64,000 bases of DNA, taken from contig NZ_DAINOE010000006.1 in the NCBI RefSeq assembly GCF_036735525.1, positions 1,073 to 65,072 of the forward strand, in the 5' to 3' direction. Source of the stretch: Arsukibacterium sp. Its GTDB lineage: Bacteria > Pseudomonadota > Gammaproteobacteria > Enterobacterales > Alteromonadaceae. The stretch's first letter is position 1, and each line of letters opens with the position of its first letter. The translations under genes were made by a program, and so were the position numbers. Positions 11,560 through 20,936 of the stretch are shown piece by piece. The notes beneath the pieces were generated by a model that worked only from the letters and a program-made list of their open reading frames with translations, made no database searches and was not told the DNA's origin.

Positions 11560-12441
11560 ATGAATACGTGTTTTTTAGGATTAGTACTGATGCTTCAGCT
11601 AGTGGCCACGCCAGAGCAGGTGCGTTATACCGGTACTGATCTGGCCGAAGATAAACGTTCCGACTTTCCCTTAGCGCTGTTGCAGGCAGCTTTGCAGGCC
11701 AGCGATGGCCAGTACCAGTTGGTTAAATCGGCTGACTCGTTAAAACAAAGCCGAGCCTTAAAGCTGCTGGCAGAAAACCAACATATCGATGTGGTCTGGA
11801 GTATGACCTCAGTCGAGCGCGAGCAGGATTTAATGCCTATTCGGGTGCCGATTTTTATGGGGCTCGAAGGCGCCAGGGTTATGCTTATCCATCAGCAGCA
11901 ACAAAGCCGATTTACAGAGCGCCTGGCGGATGGTTTATTGCGGCGCTTGCTGATTGGGCAGGGGCATGATTGGGTCGATGCTGATATTTTAGAGGAAAAC
12001 GGTTTTACTGTGATGCGCAGTGCCAGTTATCCGGTGCTGTTTAATGTGCTGGAGCAGCAGCGTATAGATGGGTTTGCCAGAAACGTTATTGAAGTGAGTG
12101 CTGAAGCCCGCGACGTTGCAAAGCGCAATATTGTTATTGAAAAAGCTTGGTTACTGTATTATCCGACGGCAAATTATTATTTTGTTAGTAAAGACAATGC
12201 TAAGCTAGGCCGGGCCATTGAGCAGGGCTTAATGCGGATGTTACAAAGTGGCGCCATGCAGCAAATGTTGGCAGACTATTACGCTGAAGACTTAGCGGCA
12301 TTAGCGTTAGAGCAACGTCAGCTGGTTCGCCTGCACAACCGATTGCTTCCCCCCGACACTCCCCTTGGCAACACCCTGCTTTGGCATCCGTTAGTGCGGC
12401 AATGGCTTAAACAACCCAGCGCCCAAACGGCAATGGAATAA
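11560..12441 (+). CDS. SBP-like periplasmic protein, paralog A
   Basis: The ATG at 11560 is preceded by AGAGG, and MNTCFLGLVLMLQLVA is signal-like. About 74% aa identity (hand count 217/293) to 14338..15219. Confidence 0.7.
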   Translation: MNTCFLGLVLMLQLVATPEQVRYTGTDLAEDKRSDFPLALLQAALQASDGQYQLVKSADSLKQSRALKLLAENQHIDVVWSMTSVEREQDLMPIRVPIFMGLEGARVMLIHQQQQSRFTERLADGLLRRLLIGQGHDWVDADILEENGFTVMRSASYPVLFNVLEQQRIDGFARNVIEVSAEARDVAKRNIVIEKAWLLYYPTANYYFVSKDNAKLGRAIEQGLMRMLQSGAMQQMLADYYAEDLAALALEQRQLVRLHNRLLPPDTPLGNTLLWHPLVRQWLKQPSAQTAME

Positions 12442-12485
12442 AAGCGATAGTGCCAAAGCGCTTTAAGCTAAGCCTTATTCAGTAC

Positions 12486-14063
12486 TTAATGACCCTGCCA
12501 GCCCAGTGCTTTAATATTTTGCAGCAGCTGCGGCTCAAGGTTATTGATATAAATATCAGCCCCGGTATCATTGAGCATTGGATAAGCAGAGTTGTCGCTG
12601 CTATTGTCCAGGTTAGCCATACCAATGTATCCCATTGGCGACGCCGGAAAGTCTGCAATAAGCTGCTGGTATTGCTGGGTAGCGGCGGCGCGCTCGCCAC
12701 GTTTAGCCAGTTTAAAAGCCAGATTGTATTGGTGGGCAATGGAGACAGGGTCCAGCCGATGTGCCTGTTGTATTGCTAACCAGGCGTCCTGGCTGCGGCC
12801 AAGTCGCTCTAAGGTGGCAAAACGCCATAAATGGGCTTGAGCTAAATTAGGGTTTAGGCTGAGGGCTTTGTTTAACGCCTGCAATGCCGTATCGTTATCG
12901 TCGTTTAGATAGTACAGCACTAGTCCACGCACGGCATGAGCCTCGGCCAGTTCAGGAGCCAGTACTAAGGCTTTGGCCAGATGTTGTTCGGCCAGTCTGG
13001 CGGCGATATCCGCTTTTAGCACGCCAAAGCTGGCTCTGCCTTCAGCCAACAAAATAATAGTGTCGGCCAGGGCAACATAAGCCATGGCATAGTCTGGATC
13101 TATGACGATCGCTTGTTCAAATAAGCGGCGTGCTGTCTTAAGGGATTCGGCTGTGTGCAGCCGGTATTGCTCAAGGCCGCGCAGGTATATCAGGTAAGCG
13201 TCACTACTGGACGTCGCGCTCTGGTTGCTAAGGCCACCTGGCGGCAGGTAGCGGTTTTGCAACAGATTAACCACAGTTCGCGCTATCTCAGTTTTAATAG
13301 CCGATATCTCAGTCAGTTCGCGGGTATAGCTTTCAGACCATAGGGTCCTGCCATTAGCAGCATTTATTAACTCTACTCTTAAGCGCAAGCGGTTGCCGCT
13401 ACTATATACACTGCCACTGAGTAAGGTTTCTACTTGTAAGCGTTTGGCAATATCTATCGGAAAGACATTCTGCTGTGAAAGCACAAAGCCGGCACTGGCA
13501 GAGGCCACTTGCAGGCCGCTAACCTGCCCCAGCATAGTTGCCAATTCTTCAGTAATGCCCAGTGCCAGGTATTGCTGATCGTTGTTGGGGCTTTGATCCA
13601 AAAAGGGCAGCACGGCGATTGAACTGGCTTTAACGGTGTTCAGCAGTCCTTCGCTACGTTTAGCAAAGTCGGTGCGGGCATGATTAAAATAGTGCAGAGC
13701 CAGCATAAAAGAGCCAATGATTATCACAGCTAAACCTAACCACCATTGCCAACCCAGCTGTTTGGGTTCATCTGCATCATCTACTTGTGTGACTTTAATG
13801 CCCTGCGTCGTAATATCAAAATACCAGGACAAATAAAAGACGATGGGGAAACAGGCAAACAAGAAAATAGTCAGGCTGGTGGCGACAAAGGGGCTGAGAT
13901 TTAACAGCGGAGTGACCACAGAGATAACTTGCAGCAGCAGCCAAATAATACCCAGAAAAGGAATAAAAGTTTGAATGACTTTGCGCCGCCGTAACTCTGA
14001 TAAAAAACGCATGAGCACTTTCAATGATGTCTCCCTGACTCTGCTAAGGCTAGCCGCTGACAT
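12486..14063 (-). CDS. membrane-anchored TolB-N-like domain + TPR repeat protein (paralog 1)
   Basis: N-terminal motif FLSELRRRKVIQTFIPFLGIIWLLLQV plus TM segments. Then SIAVLPF...YLALGITEEL...LSGSV...RL.VELI (TolB-N/CsgG-like fold signature), followed by TPRs. An alternative start lies at 14012. Confidence 0.8.
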   Translation of the reverse strand: MSAASLSRVRETSLKVLMRFLSELRRRKVIQTFIPFLGIIWLLLQVISVVTPLLNLSPFVATSLTIFLFACFPIVFYLSWYFDITTQGIKVTQVDDADEPKQLGWQWWLGLAVIIIGSFMLALHYFNHARTDFAKRSEGLLNTVKASSIAVLPFLDQSPNNDQQYLALGITEELATMLGQVSGLQVASASAGFVLSQQNVFPIDIAKRLQVETLLSGSVYSSGNRLRLRVELINAANGRTLWSESYTRELTEISAIKTEIARTVVNLLQNRYLPPGGLSNQSATSSSDAYLIYLRGLEQYRLHTAESLKTARRLFEQAIVIDPDYAMAYVALADTIILLAEGRASFGVLKADIAARLAEQHLAKALVLAPELAEAHAVRGLVLYYLNDDNDTALQALNKALSLNPNLAQAHLWRFATLERLGRSQDAWLAIQQAHRLDPVSIAHQYNLAFKLAKRGERAAATQQYQQLIADFPASPMGYIGMANLDNSSDNSAYPMLNDTGADIYINNLEPQLLQNIKALGWQGH

Positions 14064-14256
14064 TTTTTATTAAAGCGATACAATTTAGCGGCTTAAAGCT
14101 AACTTGCTCAAGCCTAGCAGCGGTTAACCATTTAACCAAGTAAAGAGGCTGAAAGTTTAAGATCTAAATACAGCACTGAGCAACGATCACCTTTAGTTTG
14201 GCTGTTGTTAGGGTAGCCGCCGCCGCTTAACATGTTACCTGCGCCGCACAGGGGGC

Positions 14257-14286
14257 TTGCGTAATGCAGTCAAACTAGTGTTAACT
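14257..14286 (+). promoter_or_regulatory. candidate sigma70 promoter (TTGCGT, 18-nt spacer, TGTTAACT) for SBP-like paralog B
   Basis: Duplicate of the element at 11478..11507. The identical 17-mer TAGTGTTAACTGCTTGT sits 62-63 nt upstream of each ATG. Confidence 0.35.
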
Positions 14287-14337
14287 GCTTGTAGTGGCAA
14301 ACATACTTTGTTACACCCCGGTTACAGAGGCAGGTTA

Positions 14338-15219
14338 ATGAATAGCTGTTTATTAGGATTAGTGCTGCTGGCTCAGCTGCTGGCTGCGCCTGAGCCAGTG
14401 CGCTATGCAAGCCAGGGGCTGGTGGAGGATAAGCGCTCAGACTATCCGTTGGCGTTGTTACAGGCGGCACTGGCGGCCAGCGACGGCCACTATCCGTTGG
14501 TTGAAACAGCCAGTGCATTAAAACAAAACCGGGCATTAAAGCTACTGGCTGAAAATCAGTATATTGATGTGGTATGGAGCATGACCTCGGTGGAGCGTGA
14601 GCAGGATTTGCTGCCAATGCGGGTGCCGATTTTTATGGGGCTGGAAGGCGCCAGAGTCATGCTTATTCACCGTGAGCAACAAGCCCGCTTTAATGAGCGG
14701 CTGGCCGATGGTTTATTGCGGCGTATGTTGATTGGCCAGGGCCATGATTGGGTGGATGCCGATATTTTAGAACAAAATGGTTTTAGTGTGATGCGCACTG
14801 CCAGCTACCTGGGTTTATTTAACCTGCTGGAGCAAAAGCGCATTGACGGTTTTGCCAGAAACGTCATTGAAATTGGCGAGGAGGCGCGCTTAATGGCGCC
14901 ACGCGAGCTGGTGATTGAAACGAGCTGGTTGCTATATTACCCCACCGCAAATTATTTTTTTGTCAGTACAGAAAATGTTAAGCTTGCTACAGCCATAGAG
15001 CAGGGCCTGCTGCGATTGTTGCACAGTGGCGCTATGCAACAGATGCTGGCCGAGTATTATGCCGATGATCTGGCTAGGCTGGCACTGGCAGAGCGGCAGT
15101 TGGTGCGCCTGCATAATCGGCAGTTACCGCCCGGCACACCAATAGCAAACAGCGTGCTCTGGCATCCTCTGGTGCAGACATGGCTGCAGCAGTCTGGCAC
15201 TGCAGTGGCCACAGACTAA
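14338..15219 (+). CDS. SBP-like periplasmic protein, paralog B
   Basis: The ATG at 14338 is preceded by AGAGG. About 74% identical to paralog A over the full length. Confidence 0.7.
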   Translation: MNSCLLGLVLLAQLLAAPEPVRYASQGLVEDKRSDYPLALLQAALAASDGHYPLVETASALKQNRALKLLAENQYIDVVWSMTSVEREQDLLPMRVPIFMGLEGARVMLIHREQQARFNERLADGLLRRMLIGQGHDWVDADILEQNGFSVMRTASYLGLFNLLEQKRIDGFARNVIEIGEEARLMAPRELVIETSWLLYYPTANYFFVSTENVKLATAIEQGLLRLLHSGAMQQMLAEYYADDLARLALAERQLVRLHNRQLPPGTPIANSVLWHPLVQTWLQQSGTAVATD

Positions 15220-15283
15220 CTCAGAACATGCTCAGATATCTGCTGAGACTCTTCCATGCTCTAAACAGGATAAAACTCAATTT

Positions 15284-16333
15284 ATGCAATATGTAACCTT
15301 AGGCAGCAGCCGTTTGTCAGTGTCGAGAGTCTGTTTAGGCAGCATGACCTGGGGTTGTCAGAACAATCAGGCGGATGCCGATGAACAGCTGAATTATGCG
15401 CTGGCGCAGGGTGTGAATTTTGTTGATACCGCTGAAATGTATGCGATACCGCCCACTGCCGATACTTATGGCGCCACCGAGCGCATTATAGGTGACTGGT
15501 TAGCCCGAACTCAGCAGCGAAATAACATAGTACTGGCGACAAAAATGGCCGGTAGCGGCCTGGCGCATGTCCGGCAGGGTGGCGAGATGACGCCGCAAAC
15601 TTTAATTGAGGCGGTAGACGGCTCCTTACAACGCTTACAAACCGATTATATCGATGTCTATCAACTACACTGGCCGAATCGGGTGTCACCGCATTTCGGC
15701 CGGCATAAACCGGGGCGCATCAGCTTTACTGAGGTCGATGCGCAGCAGCAGACGGAGCAAATGCACGGCTTATTGCAAGCGCTACAACACTGCGTACAGG
15801 CCGGTAAAATTCGCTACTGTGGCTTGTCGAATGAAACGCCCTGGGGGATCAGCCAGTATTTAAAGCTAAGTGAGCAGCATGGTCTGCCGCGCATGGTGTC
15901 AATTCAAAATGAATTCGGCCCCCTGCATACCAAAGACTGGCCCTATCTGATTGAGCAGTGTGTGCATGAAAATATCGCTTATTTGCCCTGGTCACCACTG
16001 GCCGGTGGGGCCTTAACCGGCAAATACCTGGGGGGCGCCAGACCTGCTGGCTCACGCTGGAGCATGCTGCAGCGCAATGGGCTGTTCCGTGACACTCCAG
16101 AGTCAGAGCCGGCGATAGCTGCCTTTACGGCACTGGCGGCGGCGCATGGTTACAGTGCCGCCGAACTGGCCTTAGCCTGGGTTGATCAGGTCGATGGTGT
16201 TAGTGCCACTATTATTGGCGCGACCAGTCTGGCGCAGTTACAGCAAAATATTGCGGCCTTTTCACGGCCGTTAACCACCGCCATACTGGATGATGTCGCA
16301 CAGTTTTTACAGCAGCATCCGCAGCCTTATTAA
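15284..16333 (+). CDS. tas: NADP(H)-dependent aldo-keto reductase (Tas-like)
   Basis: 349 aa, collinear with E. coli Tas (LQTDYIDVYQLHWP, GKIRYCGLSNET, IGATSLAQLQQNI). Confidence 0.88.
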   Translation: MQYVTLGSSRLSVSRVCLGSMTWGCQNNQADADEQLNYALAQGVNFVDTAEMYAIPPTADTYGATERIIGDWLARTQQRNNIVLATKMAGSGLAHVRQGGEMTPQTLIEAVDGSLQRLQTDYIDVYQLHWPNRVSPHFGRHKPGRISFTEVDAQQQTEQMHGLLQALQHCVQAGKIRYCGLSNETPWGISQYLKLSEQHGLPRMVSIQNEFGPLHTKDWPYLIEQCVHENIAYLPWSPLAGGALTGKYLGGARPAGSRWSMLQRNGLFRDTPESEPAIAAFTALAAAHGYSAAELALAWVDQVDGVSATIIGATSLAQLQQNIAAFSRPLTTAILDDVAQFLQQHPQPY

Positions 16334-16355
16334 TGTCTTGCCTTGGCGGTCAGTA

Positions 16356-17321
16356 TTAAAAAGACGTGCTAATTAAATAGCCGGTATAGCCGACAAAGAT
16401 CGTCAATAATAATGCTGCTTCCAATCGGTTGATACGGCCGGTTTTTTTGATGCCTATGCCCATGACTAACAGCGCCAGCGTCAGGCCAAACATCAGCGTC
16501 CAGTCACGGCTTAGCAGCAGCGGGTCTACTGCCATTGGTTGGATTAACGCAGCTATTCCCACTACCGCCAGGGTATTAAACAGGTTTGAACCAATAATGT
16601 TACCCAAGGCAATGTCGTGCTCGCCTTTTTTGATGGCCATTAGCGATGACGCCAATTCAGGTAGTGAGGTGCCAATAGCAACTACAGTTAATCCTATCAC
16701 CAGATCACTGACCCCCAGGCTTTGGGCGATGAATACCGCACCATACACTAGCATCCTGGAGGCAATAATCAGCAACAATAACCCCAGTACCAGCCAGCCA
16801 AGGGCTTGTTTTAAGGTCATGCTGTTGTTGCTTAGTGCTAAGCTCATCTCTGCTGCCAGCTTATCTTGCGGGTTACGCCTGCTTTGCCACACTGACCAGG
16901 CCATGAGGGTGGCAAACACCGCCAACAAGCACCAGGCGTCAAACCGGCTTAACTGATGATCAAACAGTTGCCAGCCGGCAAACAAGGTAATGGCCAATAA
17001 AATGGGTAATTCTTGCTTCAGGACCTGCGAATTAACCTTAATCGGGCTGAGCAGGGCAACCAGACCAATGATCAGCGCTATGTTGGTGATGTTGGAGCCA
17101 TAGGCATTACCCAGCGCCAGTGCCGGGTTACCGTCGGCGGCGGCCATGGCCGACACCACCATTTCCGGGGCAGAGGTGCCAAAACCCACTACCAGCATCC
17201 CAATCAGCAGCGGCGGCATGCCGGCAAAACGGGCGCTAGCCGAGGCGCCATCTACAAAACGATCGGCACTCCATACTAAGAGTATCAAGCCAGATAGCAA
17301 TGACAGCAGGGCGAGCAACAT
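16356..17321 (-). CDS. yrbG: calcium/sodium antiporter (YrbG/CaCA family)
   Basis: 321 aa and polytopic, with the two alpha-repeat motifs GTSAPE and GTSLPE. Confidence 0.9.
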   Translation of the reverse strand: MLLALLSLLSGLILLVWSADRFVDGASASARFAGMPPLLIGMLVVGFGTSAPEMVVSAMAAADGNPALALGNAYGSNITNIALIIGLVALLSPIKVNSQVLKQELPILLAITLFAGWQLFDHQLSRFDAWCLLAVFATLMAWSVWQSRRNPQDKLAAEMSLALSNNSMTLKQALGWLVLGLLLLIIASRMLVYGAVFIAQSLGVSDLVIGLTVVAIGTSLPELASSLMAIKKGEHDIALGNIIGSNLFNTLAVVGIAALIQPMAVDPLLLSRDWTLMFGLTLALLVMGIGIKKTGRINRLEAALLLTIFVGYTGYLISTSF

Positions 17322-17442
17322 AACACAATCCTATGTGCTAGAGTGTGCGCTAGCATAACAGTTACCAGGCTGCTTAGACGCTGCATGCATAAAAAATAAA
17401 CATCAGTTAGGTCGCTTGCTTTTTGGTTAATTTGAATTAAAG

Positions 17443-17461
17443 TGATATTAAATTGATATCA
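17443..17461. promoter_or_regulatory. inverted repeat TGATAT-N7-ATATCA just upstream of the SPFH gene, possible operator for the downstream RHH protein
   Basis: Read from the sequence, 16 nt upstream of the SPFH start. The functional assignment is inference only. Confidence 0.2.
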
Positions 17462-17476
17462 TATTGAGGGAAGGCT

Positions 17477-18331
17477 ATGTTGCAGGAACGAATGATTAAC
17501 AGCAAAGGCGGCTTTGGCATGGTAGCGGTACTGTTGTTACTGCAGTTATTGATGCTGGCGGCGGTGGCGATTATACCGGGCTTTCTTAAAGCACTTTTTT
17601 TAATCGCGGCTGTGGTGGTTTTTGTCTGCTGGTTTGGGTTTTATATGGTGCAGCCGAACCAGTCGGCCGTGCTGCAGTTATTTGGCCGTTATGTCGGCAC
17701 CGACTTAAACAATGGCCTGCGCTGGTCTAACCCGTTATACAGCAAGCAGAAAGTGTCATTGCGGGTGCGGAACTTTGAAAGCAGTAAAATGAAGGTTAAT
17801 GACAGTGCCGGCAATCCGGTCGAAATTGCGGCTGTGGTGGTGTGGAAGGTGGTCGACAGTGCTGAAGCAGTGTTTGAAGTGGATAACTACGAGAACTTTG
17901 TCAGTATTCAAAGTGAATCGGCGATCCGGCATTTAGCCTCCAGCTACGCTTATGATGCCGGCAACGACGAGGCCATTAGTCTGCGCAGCAGCACCGATGA
18001 AGTCACCGAGCTGTTAAAAAGTGAAATTCAGGCACGGTTAAATAAAGCCGGGGTGCAGGTATTAGAAGCGCGCATCAGCCATCTGGCCTATGCCCCGGAA
18101 ATCGCCAGTGCCATGCTGCAACGCCAGCAAGCCGCGGCCATAGTGGCTGCCCGCAAGCAAATTGTGGAAGGGGCGGTGGGCATGGTGGAATCGGCGCTGG
18201 AAAGTTTATCCGAGCGCAACATTGTTGAGCTGGACGACGAGCGCAAAGCGGCCATGGTGGGGAACTTGCTGGTGGTATTGTGCGGTGATCATCATGTGCA
18301 GCCGGTACTCAATGCCGGCAGCCTGTATTAG
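17477..18331 (+). CDS. SPFH/band-7 domain membrane protein
   Basis: N-terminal TM segments followed by an SPFH core ([15 protein letters not shown]..., [27 protein letters not shown]). GAGGGA RBS. Confidence 0.9.
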   Translation: MLQERMINSKGGFGMVAVLLLLQLLMLAAVAIIPGFLKALFLIAAVVVFVCWFGFYMVQPNQSAVLQLFGRYVGTDLNNGLRWSNPLYSKQKVSLRVRNFESSKMKVNDSAGNPVEIAAVVVWKVVDSAEAVFEVDNYENFVSIQSESAIRHLASSYAYDAGNDEAISLRSSTDEVTELLKSEIQARLNKAGVQVLEARISHLAYAPEIASAMLQRQQAAAIVAARKQIVEGAVGMVESALESLSERNIVELDDERKAAMVGNLLVVLCGDHHVQPVLNAGSLY

Positions 18332-18342
18332 TAGAGGCGTCT

Positions 18343-18591
18343 GTGGCAAAAAAAGCCTTTGCCTTACGGCTGGACGACAAAATGCTCAGCGCCCTGCAGC
18401 GCTGGGCAGATGATGAATTCAGAAGTGTAAACGGCCAGATAGAATACCTGCTGCATGAGGCGCTGCGCAAAGCCGGGCGTTTAAACGTTAAACAGCAAGA
18501 CGTTAATCAGCAAGACCTTAATGAGCAACACAGGGATGGCACCGCAACGCCGGCAACTATGGCAGTAACCCCCGAAACCAAAGGCAGTTAG
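18343..18591 (+). CDS. Arc/MetJ-type ribbon-helix-helix DNA-binding protein
   Basis: 82 aa. KKAFALRLDDKMLSALQRWADDEFRSVNGQIEYLLHEAL fits a beta-strand/helix/helix pattern. It starts 11 nt after the SPFH stop, so it is probably co-transcribed. The tail is Q/N-rich. Confidence 0.65.
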   Translation: MAKKAFALRLDDKMLSALQRWADDEFRSVNGQIEYLLHEALRKAGRLNVKQQDVNQQDLNEQHRDGTATPATMAVTPETKGS

Positions 18592-18680
18592 CGCACTTGG
18601 GCAACACGCAGTGCTATGGAATATAATGCATTCGTCGACTATGCTTTTTATATTCGATACCGCTAAAGTCCTGCATAAAT

Positions 18681-20855
18681 TTGAAACATTTTGTTAGCGA
18701 GTTACAACGCCGCTCGGTTTTTAAATCGATACTGGTTTATCTGGGTCTAAGCTGGTTACTACTGCAAGTTATTGCTGTACTTAGCAATACCCTAAGCCTG
18801 CACCCCTTGCTGGGCTCTGGGCTGTTGGTGTTGATGCTCTGTGGCCTGCCTATCGTCATTTATCTTGCCTGGTATTTCGAGTTTAGCCTCAGTGGTGTTA
18901 AGGCTACCGCCAGCCTGAACGAGCAAGAAACGTCCACTGTGACACCCGGCATTAAGCAATGGGCTGGCCTAGCCTTAGTGCTGCTGTTATCTGGCTATCT
19001 GGGTGTTGCCTATTACGGTTCGATTAAGCAACAGTGGCTGGCGACACAGCAGGCCGAAGCCGAAGCGCTCATAGCCAGAAGCATTGCCAGCAGCATCGCC
19101 GTTTTGCCCTTTACAGATATCAGCCCGGCGCAAAATCAGAGCTATTTAGCACTGGGCTTAGCAGAAGAAATCACCAGCTTACTTGGCAGTGCCGGCAATT
19201 TTAAAGTGTCGGCGTCACGCTCCAGCCAGTTTTTAAGCGAGCAGGGCTTATCCGCACAGCAAATCGGCCAACGGTTACAGGTGGCAACGGTACTAACCGG
19301 TAGTGTGCAGGCCAGTGAAAACCGGCTTAATGTGCGGGTGGAATTAGTGGATGTAAACAGCGGCAGTACTTTGTGGAGTAATAATTATGCCCGCAATGTA
19401 ACGGATGCATTTGATATAGAACAGGATATTGGCCGTTCTGTGGTTAACCTGTTACAAGATAAATACGCTGAAGGCGGTAGTCTGCTCACGCTGGACAGTA
19501 CCCGCAACGCCGATGCCTATGTGCTGTACTTAAAAGGCCGCGAGCAATACCGCAAACAAACCACCGAAGCGATGCAACAAGCCCGTCTGCTATTTGAGCA
19601 AGCGCTGGCGTTAGATCCTGAATATGCCAGAGGCTATGTTGGGCTGGCTGACACCCTGGTATTGTTGGCAGAAACGCCGGGCGGTTTTGGTGTTATTAAA
19701 ACGGATATAGCGACCAGCTTAGCGCAGCAAAATATTGATAATGCCATGTCGCGCCAACCGGAAAATGCTGAGGCTCACGCGGTTAAAGGCGTGATTGCTT
19801 TCGTATTGAATGAATTTGAACAGGCCATTAATCACTATGATAACGCTATAGAGCTTAATCCCAGTCTCGCCATTGCTTATATGTGGAAATTTCTGGCGTT
19901 AAATTCATTGCAGCGCTTTGATGAGTCGTTGTTAGCGCTACAGAAAGCACACGAGCTGGACCCGTTATTTCTGACTAGCAGTTATAACTTAGGAATGACC
20001 CTAACCAAATTTGGCCGCTTTAACGAAGCTGAAGCGATATTTCAGCAAATAAAAATAGATTATCCTGAGTCGACTTTTTCATATCAGGGTTTGGCGGATC
20101 TTTATTTTAGCCAAGGAAATCTTGTTGGCACCATCCGTGAGGCTAAGTTAGCGAGCCAAGTATCACCAGACGATCAAAGGCTGGCCCTCAAACTGATTGG
20201 CCAGTTATTGAATCTCGGTTTAGCCAGCATTGTGAAACAGTTGGAAAAGGACCCGAATTTGAAAAGTACGGTTGCGTTGTATCAGCCGACATTCTTCGTC
20301 CAGGAGCAAAACTTTGTGGCACTATTTGACCATTTAGCATTTAGTGTAGCAGCGAGTCCAGACGATTACTGGGTGCAATTTGAGGCTGGCTGGTATTACT
20401 CAATGTTTGGTGATAAACCGCAAGCGGTGACTCTTTTTATTGAGAATTCAAATCACTTAAATACTTCTGATTTATTTGCTATGCCGCACTGTTCGCCAGC
20501 GATTGAAATCGCCTGGGCGCAATTACAGCTTGGCCATCAGGAGATTGCGCATAGTTTGATTAATCAGTGCAAAGCTTTACAGGGGGACTTGGCTTCTAAG
20601 GTAACTTATTTTGAGCTTTACTATTTGGCTGCACGTATCAACGCGTTACAAGGCCAGCCAATAGATGCAGTTAAGGCATTAAAAAAGGCGATTGATAGCG
20701 GATGGCGCGAATATTGGACTAAACATGATCCGTTACTGGCAAGCCTGATAGATAATACGGAATTTCAACAGTTACTGCAGTTTCTGGACGAGGATTTGGC
20801 CCGGCAAAAAGCAGAAGTACTAACGCTGTTTGCCGAAGAGTTTCCGAATAAATAA
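18681..20855 (+). CDS. membrane-anchored TolB-N-like domain + TPR repeat protein (paralog 2, with ~200-aa C-terminal extension)
   Basis: Same N-terminal motif (FVSELQRRSVFKSILVYLGLSWLLLQV), SIAVLPF...YLALGLAEEI..., and TPRs. TTG start. GC drops sharply from about 19690 onward. Confidence 0.8.
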   Translation: MKHFVSELQRRSVFKSILVYLGLSWLLLQVIAVLSNTLSLHPLLGSGLLVLMLCGLPIVIYLAWYFEFSLSGVKATASLNEQETSTVTPGIKQWAGLALVLLLSGYLGVAYYGSIKQQWLATQQAEAEALIARSIASSIAVLPFTDISPAQNQSYLALGLAEEITSLLGSAGNFKVSASRSSQFLSEQGLSAQQIGQRLQVATVLTGSVQASENRLNVRVELVDVNSGSTLWSNNYARNVTDAFDIEQDIGRSVVNLLQDKYAEGGSLLTLDSTRNADAYVLYLKGREQYRKQTTEAMQQARLLFEQALALDPEYARGYVGLADTLVLLAETPGGFGVIKTDIATSLAQQNIDNAMSRQPENAEAHAVKGVIAFVLNEFEQAINHYDNAIELNPSLAIAYMWKFLALNSLQRFDESLLALQKAHELDPLFLTSSYNLGMTLTKFGRFNEAEAIFQQIKIDYPESTFSYQGLADLYFSQGNLVGTIREAKLASQVSPDDQRLALKLIGQLLNLGLASIVKQLEKDPNLKSTVALYQPTFFVQEQNFVALFDHLAFSVAASPDDYWVQFEAGWYYSMFGDKPQAVTLFIENSNHLNTSDLFAMPHCSPAIEIAWAQLQLGHQEIAHSLINQCKALQGDLASKVTYFELYYLAARINALQGQPIDAVKALKKAIDSGWREYWTKHDPLLASLIDNTEFQQLLQFLDEDLARQKAEVLTLFAEEFPNK

Positions 20856-20865
20856 AAGCACTAAA

Positions 20866-20895
20866 TAAAAAGAGGCAGTAGCCTCTTTCTATTTC
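20866..20895. terminator. hairpin AGAGGC-AGTA-GCCTCT with flanking A and T runs (bidirectional)
   Basis: Lies between the convergent genes 18681..20855 (+) and 20937..21950 (-). Confidence 0.5.
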
Positions 20896-20936
20896 TACCG
20901 TTACCTACAGCATGAATTATGGAGTTTCGCAGGGTG

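Noticed and set aside
12450-12779. 109-aa plus-strand ORF after SBP-like paralog A.
   Set aside because: It overlaps the 3' part of the TPR paralog-1 gene on the opposite strand and has no motif or RBS support.
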